Part shown: in pieces, positions 27,372 to 36,093 of the stretch
Position numbering within the stretch: the stretch's first letter is position 1
Layout of the letters: each line of letters begins with the position of its first letter
IMG/VR virus record: IMGVR_UViG_3300037419_000703
Span: 1-45,441 of that record
Reading direction: 5' to 3' (one strand)
Source of the DNA: a virus
Lineage: Duplodnaviria > Caudoviricetes
Length of the DNA stretch: 45,441 nucleotides
Notes under the pieces: generated by a model
Told to the model about the DNA's origin: nothing
The model's database searches: none
Seen by the model: the letters and a program-made list of their open reading frames with translations, nothing else
Translations under genes and position numbers: made by a program

Positions 27372-28550
27372 ATGCCAAATCTTGCAAATCCTTTTAACGC
27401 CAACGTTCTTCGCCGTGCCGCACGGATTTTGACGAACGATGGGGGTGCGGAAGTTCTGTTTAACGAAGCCGATTCGTCCGCCGCTCAAGTTGCTGCTGAA
27501 CCCACCCCGGTAAGCCCTTCCCGCCGTACCCGTAAGAAGCCCGTGCAATCAATTGCGCCGGAAGACTTCGTTGGGCCCCTTCTGCCTGTAGGAGTAGAAC
27601 CACTGCGTGAGGTTACCCACTCCGACAAAACACCGCTGGGCTACACCATCGGCATTGAACTGACGGCCATGCCCGACCTGACGGCAGGGGAACGCTCCAG
27701 CTTTGGTGATTCAGCAGCATCCTATCTGGCACGGTTGGTACGTGACCTGCTGCGCTACAAAAAGCAGAAAACCAACGACGTGGACCGTGATGTCAAGGCT
27801 GTGGAAGTCTCCAGTGAACCCCTCAAGACCTGGGGTGAGGCCAAGAAGTTCTACGATACGGTGACGGACGCCTTTAGTCGCTTCGGCCTGAAATCTCACG
27901 TTGAGGATACGATTTCTGGTGGAGGACACATCCACGTGGGTGGGATGTCCACGAAGGACATGGTGAACACCATGAGAGACATCCAAAACCGTCCCTATCT
28001 TAACTGGATTTTCAACGACCCGGATGATCAGACCACGCATAGCTACGCAAAGGACTTGCAAGACATCGATTCCAAGATGAAAAAGCTGGCCCCGGAAGTC
28101 AACATGGAAATGTTGAGGGCTTTCGGTCGGTTGGAAAGCACAGGCAAGTCCGCCCTGCTGTTCTATGGCAAAAATGAAGGCGTCAGCCCGGAGTGGTTAC
28201 CCAACGACAAGCGTCGGATGGTCCGGCTCAAGCACCATGGCTACAATGATGACGACGTGAAGGAATACACGTTTGAATTCCGTTTCCTGCAAACCCCGCT
28301 GGATTGGAAGGAACAGCAAGCCCACCTGGAGTTCGTGTTGAGATATATCAATTGGGTCAAGGAAACCTATAAGGACAAGGACGCGGTGGTGACCGTGGAT
28401 ACCACTGCCAAAGTCAAGGCATTCACGGAAGAACGATCCGTACTGGAGTTCCGAGCCTTGTTGAAGGAACTCAAATTGCCTGAAGAACCGTATGCCCGGA
28501 TGCTGCTGGAGAACTTGCCGGTGTGGTTTGAGCGTGGTAGCCGTCTATAA
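27372..28550 (+). CDS. putative amidoligase (COOH-NH2 ligase, Amidoligase_2-like)
   Basis: TIGIEL, VEVSS.PL, SGGGHIHVG, FEFR motifs. Confidence 0.75.
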   Translation: MPNLANPFNANVLRRAARILTNDGGAEVLFNEADSSAAQVAAEPTPVSPSRRTRKKPVQSIAPEDFVGPLLPVGVEPLREVTHSDKTPLGYTIGIELTAMPDLTAGERSSFGDSAASYLARLVRDLLRYKKQKTNDVDRDVKAVEVSSEPLKTWGEAKKFYDTVTDAFSRFGLKSHVEDTISGGGHIHVGGMSTKDMVNTMRDIQNRPYLNWIFNDPDDQTTHSYAKDLQDIDSKMKKLAPEVNMEMLRAFGRLESTGKSALLFYGKNEGVSPEWLPNDKRRMVRLKHHGYNDDDVKEYTFEFRFLQTPLDWKEQQAHLEFVLRYINWVKETYKDKDAVVTVDTTAKVKAFTEERSVLEFRALLKELKLPEEPYARMLLENLPVWFERGSRL

Positions 28551-28693
28551 GCTGCGCAATCAATTGCACAGAAATTTCTGAGGTGAAACACTTGGTAAAT
28601 CTTAAATGAATCAACAAACAACAGGCATCTTGACCAGAAAAGGTGGAAAATATACTCTTGGAAAGTTGCCTGTCACTATTGGAGGGGTCTGTC

Positions 28694-29038
28694 ATGAGCG
28701 CTAATGATTCTGGAGACACATTCGATTTCTCGTACAACAACGTGTTGGAATTTGCCCGCAAGTTCGACACATACAACGCCACGAAGCCACAAAACCAAAA
28801 GTTGGCGGTGGGCCTTATAGGTTTTGAAATCTGGAAATTCGCCCAAGCCCTGAAACATGAACTGCTGGGGGAGTCGTCACCCCGGCGCCGTGCTTCCGAC
28901 CAGCCCATTGAAGCGCAGCTTGCCGCTGAGAAGCGCATCAAGGAGTTGGAAGCGGAGGTGGCTGCACTGAAAGCCAATGCCCTGCTGAACGCTGGGGTTG
29001 CCTTTAAGAACCCTGAAGCACTGGAAAAAAGTCTTTGA
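28694..29038 (+). CDS. hypothetical protein with C-terminal coiled coil
   Basis: GGAGG RBS. Confidence 0.6.
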   Translation: MSANDSGDTFDFSYNNVLEFARKFDTYNATKPQNQKLAVGLIGFEIWKFAQALKHELLGESSPRRRASDQPIEAQLAAEKRIKELEAEVAALKANALLNAGVAFKNPEALEKSL

Positions 29039-29062
29039 CAAACCGGAGAATAGTGCTATACT
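29035..29062 (+). promoter_or_regulatory. sigma70-type promoter
   Basis: TTGACA-16-TATACT with TG extended -10. Confidence 0.8.
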
Positions 29063-29107
29063 AATCATGTGGTTCCGATAAATCAAAAGTCTCAAGGAGT
29101 GAGCAAA

Positions 29108-29308
29108 ATGTCCGACTTCTATTCTTCCCGCAGTATTGGCTTTGTCGTGGATGAACCGATCAAAGCCCATTCCAACTCTTCCCGTCGTATCGGTTTTGTG
29201 ATCGATGAGGAGCCTGCCGTGAAGGCGGTGGCACCTCATCCGGTCCCCAACTATGGACTGGCTTACAACGTAGGAGGCTACCGCGCTGTTGCTCGGAAGC
29301 CACAGTAA
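29108..29308 (+). CDS. small protein with duplicated IGF motif
   Basis: SSRSIGFVVDE / SSRRIGFVIDE; hairpin RBS. Confidence 0.65.
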   Translation: MSDFYSSRSIGFVVDEPIKAHSNSSRRIGFVIDEEPAVKAVAPHPVPNYGLAYNVGGYRAVARKPQ

Positions 29309-29337
29309 ATCAACGCCAATAAGTGAAAGGAGTTCAC

Positions 29338-29571
29338 ATGACGATGATCGTAACGACGAGCGGCCTGCACGGTCGTATGTACTCGGTGTGCAAGGTAGGC
29401 GTGCACAAGGCTCATGAAGTGGGTCACGCCACTTACCTCGGGATGGTTGCTGTTGAGGCTCACGGCCACTATCGTTACGCTGCCGCTGTACTGCTGGTGG
29501 TGATGGTGCTGGGGTGGTTCTTCGGTGATGAAGAGGAAGGGAGGAAACACTATGCTGCGGGTGGTGAGTAA
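29338..29571 (+). CDS. small membrane protein
   Basis: AAGGAG RBS; C-terminal hydrophobic helix. Confidence 0.55.
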   Translation: MTMIVTTSGLHGRMYSVCKVGVHKAHEVGHATYLGMVAVEAHGHYRYAAAVLLVVMVLGWFFGDEEEGRKHYAAGGE

Positions 29572-29713
29572 ATTCCAACGCTTGACCCGCATGCACAAGC
29601 GGGTCATTTTACTGAAACTGGTGGTGGGCGTGATGTTGTTGTACGTCCACTTCTTTCCCCAAAATCCCCACGTTGGCTTGGTGGCCAACCTTTTCTGGCT
29701 GGTGGCCTTCTGA
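29552..29713 (+). CDS. small membrane protein
   Basis: GGAGG RBS. Confidence 0.55.
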   Translation: MLRVVSKFQRLTRMHKRVILLKLVVGVMLLYVHFFPQNPHVGLVANLFWLVAF

Positions 29714-29827
29714 TGAAACCCCTACTCATCCTTGCGTTCGTGCCCATCCTCCTGTACCTTTGGGTGGGTATTTCCACTCTTCATCATTCCCGCACGATTC
29801 GACAGCGCATCAAGAAAGGGGACCCAC

Positions 29828-30100
29828 ATGCCGCACCGCGCTTCAGTGAGGAACGTACTGATCAAAGCCGCGAAACTCGTCAGTGAGAAACCCAATTTCA
29901 AGAGGTGCGGTAGCGACTACATTCACGCTGCCGCCGTGTGGCTCACCCAACAAGCGTTGGGCAGAAAAGCCGAGCACTTATACGCCGATTTATACACCCC
30001 GGATAACCGCCCCTGCTTCTACTTCAACAATTCCGACGAAGTGACGCTGGCACTGTTGTTTGCAGCCGAATTCGCTGATGAGGAGCCTGTTTCCACTTGA
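29828..30100 (+). CDS. hypothetical protein
   Basis: AAGGGG RBS; LALLFAAE C-terminal motif. Confidence 0.6.
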   Translation: MPHRASVRNVLIKAAKLVSEKPNFKRCGSDYIHAAAVWLTQQALGRKAEHLYADLYTPDNRPCFYFNNSDEVTLALLFAAEFADEEPVST

Positions 30101-30167
30101 AAATTTCCGGGTAGACTGTCACACTTCTTGTTCGTAATCCGTGTGACTTTCTTCCTAAGGAGTGGAA

Positions 30168-31013
30168 ATGGCCTGTACTGTCGAAGTTATCGAGCACAGT
30201 GTATCCCCCGAACCATATGCACCACCCGTCGTGACCGTTGCCTGCCGCTACTGGCGCGCAATCCACGCCGAACTGATGACCCACCGCGTGTTCTCGCGCA
30301 ACGCATCCTCCAGCCGCGCCATCCCCGTCAAGACAATGCTCAAGCAAGTATGGAATGAACCGGCTGGGCCGATCCATTGGGGTGCAAACCAAGCTGGCAT
30401 GCAAGCCAACAAGCAACTGACCGGCTTCAAGCTGGCCATGGCCAAAACCTTGTGGAAGCTGGCGGGCCGGGTTGCCTGTGTGCTGGCCTGGGGCATGATG
30501 AAAGTTGGCCTGCACAAGCAAGTCGCCAACCGTATCTTGGAACCCTGGCAGTACATCACGGTCCTGATCACATCCACCGAGTGGTCCAACTTCATGGAAC
30601 TGCGCAACCACCCGGATGCCCAACCGGAAATCCGTGAACTGGCACAGGCCATCGAAAAAGCCGTCAGAGCCAGCACGCCCCAACGCCTCAGGCCCGGCCA
30701 ATGGCACCTCCCCTTCGTCCGAGCCAAGGAGCGTAAGCTGTTCCTACCGACCACGCTTGTGAAGGTCTCCACGGCCCGCAATGCCCGTGTGAGCTACCTG
30801 ACCCACGCCAAGGAAGACCCGTCCGTGACGCAGGATTGCCAGTTGCACGACAAGCTGGTGATGTCCAGGCCGATGCACGCCAGCCCGTCCGAACACCCTT
30901 GCAAGCCTGATCGTTGGATCGACGGCCAAGGCTGGGAGAACCCGCATCTCCATGGCAATCTCAAGGGGTACATCCAATACAGAAAAATTCTTGAAATCGG
31001 AGGCCGGGTATGA
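30168..31013 (+). CDS. thyX: flavin-dependent thymidylate synthase (ThyX-like, phage type)
   Basis: IHAELMTHRVFSRNASSSRAIP, HKQVANRILEP, LR.HPDAQPEI, ARVSY, HASP.EH. Confidence 0.85.
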   Translation: MACTVEVIEHSVSPEPYAPPVVTVACRYWRAIHAELMTHRVFSRNASSSRAIPVKTMLKQVWNEPAGPIHWGANQAGMQANKQLTGFKLAMAKTLWKLAGRVACVLAWGMMKVGLHKQVANRILEPWQYITVLITSTEWSNFMELRNHPDAQPEIRELAQAIEKAVRASTPQRLRPGQWHLPFVRAKERKLFLPTTLVKVSTARNARVSYLTHAKEDPSVTQDCQLHDKLVMSRPMHASPSEHPCKPDRWIDGQGWENPHLHGNLKGYIQYRKILEIGGRV

Positions 31014-31492
31014 CTTGCCCAAACAAAGCACTGCCGGGCGGATGCCCACTGCACAACGTCCATTGCGGATACCCGAAGTGTGACGAGGACCCGGTCAAGC
31101 CGGAAATGGTCAACCACCCCAAGCACTACAACTCGCACGCCTCTGGTGTTGAAGCCATCAGCCTGTGCCGACTGCTGCCCTTCAACATGGGCAACGCCCT
31201 GAAGTACGTGATGCGCCGGGATGACAAGGGAACGGCCAAGCAAGACCTTCAGAAAGCCCTCTGGTACTTGCGGGATGAAGACCACTGCTGGCAGGCAAGC
31301 GCCCTGATCATCAATCTGGTGGATGCCCTCAGCCTTGCCAAGAAACTGCTTGTTGCGGAGACCCACCCGCAGGCGAAGCACTTCTATGCCACCCTCCACG
31401 GGTATTTGATGGAACAAAAGGAAACCCTGCCAACGGGAAAGGCCATTCAGCCGATCATCGAAGCCGTTGAAGAACTTCTTGCCACTTACTGA
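31010..31492 (+). CDS. DUF3310-family protein
   Basis: MVNHPKHY, GNALKYV.R, DLQKALWYL. Confidence 0.85.
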   Translation: MTCPNKALPGGCPLHNVHCGYPKCDEDPVKPEMVNHPKHYNSHASGVEAISLCRLLPFNMGNALKYVMRRDDKGTAKQDLQKALWYLRDEDHCWQASALIINLVDALSLAKKLLVAETHPQAKHFYATLHGYLMEQKETLPTGKAIQPIIEAVEELLATY

Positions 31493-31504
31493 AAGGAACC
31501 GCCC

Positions 31505-31729
31505 ATGAGCCTCTTCGATCTGCCTGTCCTCATCACCACTGCCGGGACCTACAAGACCCGCCGTGGGGACACTGCCCGAATCCTGACCACGGGTGGCTTC
31601 GGCCACTTCAGTGCACGGGGGACGGTGCAGAAAGGGAAACGTGCGGAGCCGAATGCATGGCATCCCACCGGGCGGGTGTTGCTCATAGGCGAGCATCCAG
31701 ATGACATCGTTGGGCGCATCGGCAGTTGA
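31505..31729 (+). CDS. hypothetical protein
   Basis: G.YKTRRG..A.I ... W...G.......DIV. Confidence 0.65.
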   Translation: MSLFDLPVLITTAGTYKTRRGDTARILTTGGFGHFSARGTVQKGKRAEPNAWHPTGRVLLIGEHPDDIVGRIGS

Positions 31730-31765
31730 GTTGCGCAATTGATTGCAGTGTTTTTGGAGAGCGTT

Positions 31766-34700
31766 ATGTCGTATAACCCGTTGGAAAACTTGATCCAGTC
31801 AAGCACACCCACCATTGTTGAACTGGTGGACTGGATCGACCACGACAATCCCCTTGTGGTCGGTGTTTCTAGCTTCAGCCCTGCGACTCGTCAAGATGAC
31901 TGGGTGTATCAAGACGCGGAAATGCGGGAAGACAAAGGCGACTTCGCCATCTACCAGCTTGACAGCACCATCAAGTGGACCAACCCTGACCCGGCCAAGC
32001 GGTTTGAAATGGGCGGGCTGTTGCTGATAGCCCCCAGCAAGAACACGCTTTCCGGAACGGTGCAGCTTGAGGAAATCGGGATCGCGTTCGTCCCATACGG
32101 TCGCTGGAAAAGCTACCCGGCCATGGACACGTTCATCAAGGCGGATCGCCCTGTCCTCGACAGCACGACGTGGCCCTACAAGTTTGGCCCCTGCGACAAT
32201 GCCGACGTGGCCGACCGTACCAACCTGCCACCCTTCAAGATCAATTTCTACACGGTGGAAGGCTACAAGAACGGCGCCCCGGATCGCACCCCCGTGTTCA
32301 CTCACGAGTGGAAAGCCTTCAACGACAAGCCCACCCTGCCCATCAACTCCCCCCTGCTGGCGGAAACGCAGACTAACGACGAGCCGTCCATGCCCCGCTG
32401 GAACTGCGGCATGTTGCTCCCGTGGCGCAACACACAGACCCGCCTGTCCAGCTATGCGGGGAAATACCTGCCCGGCGTGGAACCCTCCGTCTACCTCAAG
32501 GGGTTCTCCAAGGCGGGGCCGAGCAGCAACCCGTATAACCCCCTGGCCAAGAATGTCAACGGGGGCCAACTCGACGCGCAGAACCATTGGTTTGTAATGC
32601 CCCCTTACCCCCTCAAGGCCGATATCTCGCAGGACTCGCCGTACTTGAGCCTGTACGAGTCGCGTCCACGAGACCCCCAAGCGTTCTCCAACCGTGACCA
32701 TTACCCGTATTACCGCAACTGTGGGTTCATGTTCCAACCGGGCTCCATCAGTGGCCACGACTGGATCACGGGTAAGGGTGGGCAGCGGTTTGATCGTGCC
32801 GCCATGTCCACCCCTCTGGCGATCTTTGCCACCGACCAGAACTATATGCGTCCGGAGGGCAATGTCCCCATCCGCGTGCTGATGGACAACTGGGAGTTGG
32901 CGTGCTTCAACCACTCAATCCACTTCATCCGTGACGCCAAGACGTTCGCCACCATCCCCAAGGCGGAATCCTTGGCGGGAGCCTGGACCCTGAAAGGCGC
33001 CTACTACGGAGGTGGTCCATACGGTTCCATGGGTGAACCACGGGGACCGGACAGGACCATCGATATTGTCGGCATCCCGAATGGACAAGGCCGGTGGGAT
33101 TACAACAACGACCCGGAAGGCTATATGTACTACGGGGGTCACCAACGGGACTCCCTGCACAGCTACGACGATCATGCATGGATGGCGATCATGCTGAGCA
33201 GCCCGTTGCACGCCATTGCCGCCACCCACGGCTTCAACATGCATTGGATGTGCTCGCTGGGCGACTCCAGGCCGAGCGCCGCAACCGGAACCTATGGCAT
33301 GCGGGACCAAGCATGGCGGTGGCGCATCCTCACCCTCCAGTGGAAGGTTGCCACCACCAACCCCCTTGGTTACACCCAAGAGGAGATCGAAGCACGGTTC
33401 CAAGCCGAGTTGGAGAACATCTTCACCAATCTCTACCGGCCAGCGTTCGTGGACAACGCACAGGACATCCAGTCCGTGGCACTGCGCAACTTGGGTGTGG
33501 TTACCAATACCAATGGCAACAACACCCTTCAAGTTCGCGGCGGGTCGCTCCAGCTATATATTGTGCAAGTGATTCAAATGATGCGTCAGTTTGGGCTGTG
33601 GTCGGCCTTGCGCAAGCGCAGCCAAATCTGCCAGTTCGTCCTTGACTATCAACTCATCTGCCTTGACAAGCTGGTGGTGGATTACGTCATGGACACAGAC
33701 ATGCGGGATTCGTACTACCCGCGTCTCGGATCGGGGAAGACCACCTTTACCGGCTCCGATATCCCGGCAAGCTGGGCTGCACAGAAGCAGTGGATCGATA
33801 CCACTTGGCCGGTGATGCCGGTGGGTGCCAGCACGTCCAGCTATGATGGACTGCAACAGTGGGTGAACTTCACCCAAATGTATAACGGGCGCTGCGATGA
33901 GCAACAGGGAGCCCCGCACCTGTACATGCAATACCTCAAGATGCGGAAGGACTACTTCCCTGAGAACCAGAACCCCCGCATCGACGCCGCCATCGCCAAG
34001 ATGCAAGCGTACTACGACCAGCACGACGCGGCCCGCGCCGCTGGCAAGGCATACCAGTGGGCGTATTATTTCCCGTCGCACGCACCGCTGCTGGCCCCCA
34101 CCTCTCTTGGCGATTTCGGCCCGGAGACCACCTACCCACCCGCCACCCCTACGGACCTTCCTACTGTGACCACTACCACACCAACCCCCACCCCTGTACC
34201 CGCACCGACCGTTCCTGGCACGTGGGTGACCATCGGCTCTGAAGGCCACTCCATGACTGTGGATGACAACACCCTGGTGAGGTACGGGGCCAACACGTCC
34301 TGGGTCCTGAAAATCGTTTCTGGAACTTTCACGGCCAGCAATACCTTCTTCGGCACAGACCCGGCCTACCTAGTGGTGAAGATCGTGCAGAAGTTCGTCC
34401 CTGATCCTGTGCCAGTCCCAACGCCAACCCCCGACCCGGCCCCGGCTCCAACGCCTGACCCCACCCCGACGCCTGCACCGGCACCTGATCCGGCGCCGAC
34501 TCCTACGCCTGATCCGACGCCAACCCCGGCCCCGGTTCCTGACCCTGTGCCAGAATCGACACCGGCACCCGTGCCTGATCCTGTGCCCACCCCTGCACCT
34601 GAGCCCACACCCACCCCTGAGCCCGTTCCTGAGCCGGTGGTGGTGACCGGATCGGCCTATCACGATGTGGCCCTGAGCGACGTGATGGAGGAGTATGCAA

Positions 34701-34807
34701 AAGCGTTCGTTCCTCCGAATGGGGTGACCGTGACCAACGTGGAGTGGTTCTTCGATCCGGTGAAGGAAGTTGTTGTGTTCAAACTGACCACGCAATCAAA
34801 TGCGTAA
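31766..34807 (+). CDS. large modular protein: aromatic-rich N-terminal domain, small sugar-binding-like module, Pro/Thr/Asp linker; possibly virion-associated
   Basis: 1013 aa from ATG 31766 (GGAG RBS); module VRYGAN.SW...FFGTDPA..VVK; (PTPDPAP)n linker. Confidence 0.75.
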   Translation: MSYNPLENLIQSSTPTIVELVDWIDHDNPLVVGVSSFSPATRQDDWVYQDAEMREDKGDFAIYQLDSTIKWTNPDPAKRFEMGGLLLIAPSKNTLSGTVQLEEIGIAFVPYGRWKSYPAMDTFIKADRPVLDSTTWPYKFGPCDNADVADRTNLPPFKINFYTVEGYKNGAPDRTPVFTHEWKAFNDKPTLPINSPLLAETQTNDEPSMPRWNCGMLLPWRNTQTRLSSYAGKYLPGVEPSVYLKGFSKAGPSSNPYNPLAKNVNGGQLDAQNHWFVMPPYPLKADISQDSPYLSLYESRPRDPQAFSNRDHYPYYRNCGFMFQPGSISGHDWITGKGGQRFDRAAMSTPLAIFATDQNYMRPEGNVPIRVLMDNWELACFNHSIHFIRDAKTFATIPKAESLAGAWTLKGAYYGGGPYGSMGEPRGPDRTIDIVGIPNGQGRWDYNNDPEGYMYYGGHQRDSLHSYDDHAWMAIMLSSPLHAIAATHGFNMHWMCSLGDSRPSAATGTYGMRDQAWRWRILTLQWKVATTNPLGYTQEEIEARFQAELENIFTNLYRPAFVDNAQDIQSVALRNLGVVTNTNGNNTLQVRGGSLQLYIVQVIQMMRQFGLWSALRKRSQICQFVLDYQLICLDKLVVDYVMDTDMRDSYYPRLGSGKTTFTGSDIPASWAAQKQWIDTTWPVMPVGASTSSYDGLQQWVNFTQMYNGRCDEQQGAPHLYMQYLKMRKDYFPENQNPRIDAAIAKMQAYYDQHDAARAAGKAYQWAYYFPSHAPLLAPTSLGDFGPETTYPPATPTDLPTVTTTTPTPTPVPAPTVPGTWVTIGSEGHSMTVDDNTLVRYGANTSWVLKIVSGTFTASNTFFGTDPAYLVVKIVQKFVPDPVPVPTPTPDPAPAPTPDPTPTPAPAPDPAPTPTPDPTPTPAPVPDPVPESTPAPVPDPVPTPAPEPTPTPEPVPEPVVVTGSAYHDVALSDVMEEYAKAFVPPNGVTVTNVEWFFDPVKEVVVFKLTTQSNA
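34399..34637 (+). repeat. low-complexity (P-X)n coding repeat
   Basis: [23 protein letters not shown]... Confidence 0.85.
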
Positions 34808-34813
34808 AAAAGT

Positions 34814-34842
34814 TTGACAAACCCACCGCAAGAGGCTACCAT
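34814..34842 (+). promoter_or_regulatory. sigma70-type promoter for tRNA operon
   Basis: TTGACA-17-TACCAT. Confidence 0.8.
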
Positions 34843-34858
34843 AGCTCTTGTGGTGAAC

Positions 34859-34932
34859 GCGGGTGTAGCTCAATGGTAGAGTTGGAGCCTTCCAAGCTCA
34901 AGACGCGGGCTCGATTCCCGCTACCCGCTCCA
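34859..34932 (+). tRNA. tRNA-Gly (TCC)
   Basis: Acceptor GCGGGTG/TACCCGC, anticodon loop CTTCCAA, encoded CCA; T-loop reads CTCGATT. Confidence 0.9.
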
Positions 34933-34934
34933 AT

Positions 34935-35012
34935 GCCGGAATAGCTAAGTGGGAAAGCTGCCGTGGCGACCACGGTTGATGCGTGAGGTTCGATTCCTCA
35001 CTTCCGGTCCCC
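34935..35012 (+). tRNA. tRNA-like RNA with aberrant anticodon arm (nominal CGA)
   Basis: Cloverleaf with GCCGGAA/TTCCGGT, D-arm, TTCGATT T-loop; anticodon loop GGCGACC; ends CCCC not CCA. Confidence 0.7.
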
Positions 35013-35038
35013 GAATTCTTTAACTCAAGGAGTGAGCG

Positions 35039-35278
35039 ATGACCCGTACAACCCTCAAAATCCGTAAGCCCCGCATCAATCTTGCCAACCTTCGCACCGA
35101 CCTGACGGAAGTGGTCCAAGAAGCCAACGACCTGAATTTCGGTTGCCATTTCAACCGTAATGCCTTCATTGCCGACAATCTGATGGCGCGTGGCCATGAT
35201 GCCCCGAAGGACATGCTTGTGGCTGACCTTGCCCGTATGGTGGGCCTGCGGGTGGAAAACGGCGTGATTTTCTCATGA
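35039..35278 (+). CDS. hypothetical protein
   Basis: Hairpin RBS. Confidence 0.65.
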   Translation: MTRTTLKIRKPRINLANLRTDLTEVVQEANDLNFGCHFNRNAFIADNLMARGHDAPKDMLVADLARMVGLRVENGVIFS

Positions 35279-35679
35279 GCAAGGTCATCCACCTTCAGGA
35301 TGAGGATGTCTATTACCTGCTGAACCTGTTGCCAGCAATGAAGGACATCCCCGACCCTCAGAAATACATGAGCATCATCAGTCAAATCCACATCCAGACC
35401 ATGGATGTTGGAAACCCATCCAATCTGTTTGCTGAGATACAGATTGGTGGTCCGGAGGAACTACCGATCCCGCCCAAGGAATATTTCCAAGTGCCTCTGC
35501 ACGCCAACTCTGACAAGATAAAGGCCATCAAGTTTATTCGTGAAATCACTGGGATGGGCTTGAAGGAAGCCAAGGATGCCGTGGATTTTTCCAACAACAT
35601 ACCCTTCCCTGCTGGATGGGATCAAAAATTAATCCTGACGAAAGCTAAGTCGGCTGGGGTTACCGTAGAGTTTTATTGA
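35275..35679 (+). CDS. protein with ribosomal L7/L12 C-terminal-like domain
   Basis: KIKAIKFIREITGMGLKEAKDAVD ... AG.TVE. Confidence 0.75.
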   Translation: MSKVIHLQDEDVYYLLNLLPAMKDIPDPQKYMSIISQIHIQTMDVGNPSNLFAEIQIGGPEELPIPPKEYFQVPLHANSDKIKAIKFIREITGMGLKEAKDAVDFSNNIPFPAGWDQKLILTKAKSAGVTVEFY

Positions 35680-35692
35680 CGAAGGAGTCGCT

Positions 35693-36037
35693 ATGAAGTA
35701 CAACGTGAAAACCGCATATTTCGATGACAACTGGAATGTCCAAGTCGTGACCCGGAGTACCAATCCCAACCGGGCCTCCAAGAATGCCTTTGGTGCCTTG
35801 CAAGACAACAAGTACGGCAACTTCAATGTGAGGGTGGCCCACGTGTTCGATGGCGAGACCGCTGAACTGTACTCTGAAATCATTCGTGTGATGGAGCCGG
35901 GGGAACAGATCGGGGTGTACAGTACCTACAAGAAGGGTGACCCTTCAGTGCTATACCCTACCAAGAAGCGGGAAGCCCCCAAACGCCGCACCCCTGCCAT
36001 CTTGCTGGGGGTGGAATTGGACAAGATCACCACCTGA
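35693..36037 (+). CDS. hypothetical protein
   Basis: AAGGAG RBS. Confidence 0.65.
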   Translation: MKYNVKTAYFDDNWNVQVVTRSTNPNRASKNAFGALQDNKYGNFNVRVAHVFDGETAELYSEIIRVMEPGEQIGVYSTYKKGDPSVLYPTKKREAPKRRTPAILLGVELDKITT

Positions 36038-36093
36038 TTCCTTTGTAGTTTCCAATGGGCTATACTCCCCGGTACTTATGAGGGAGATAGCCC

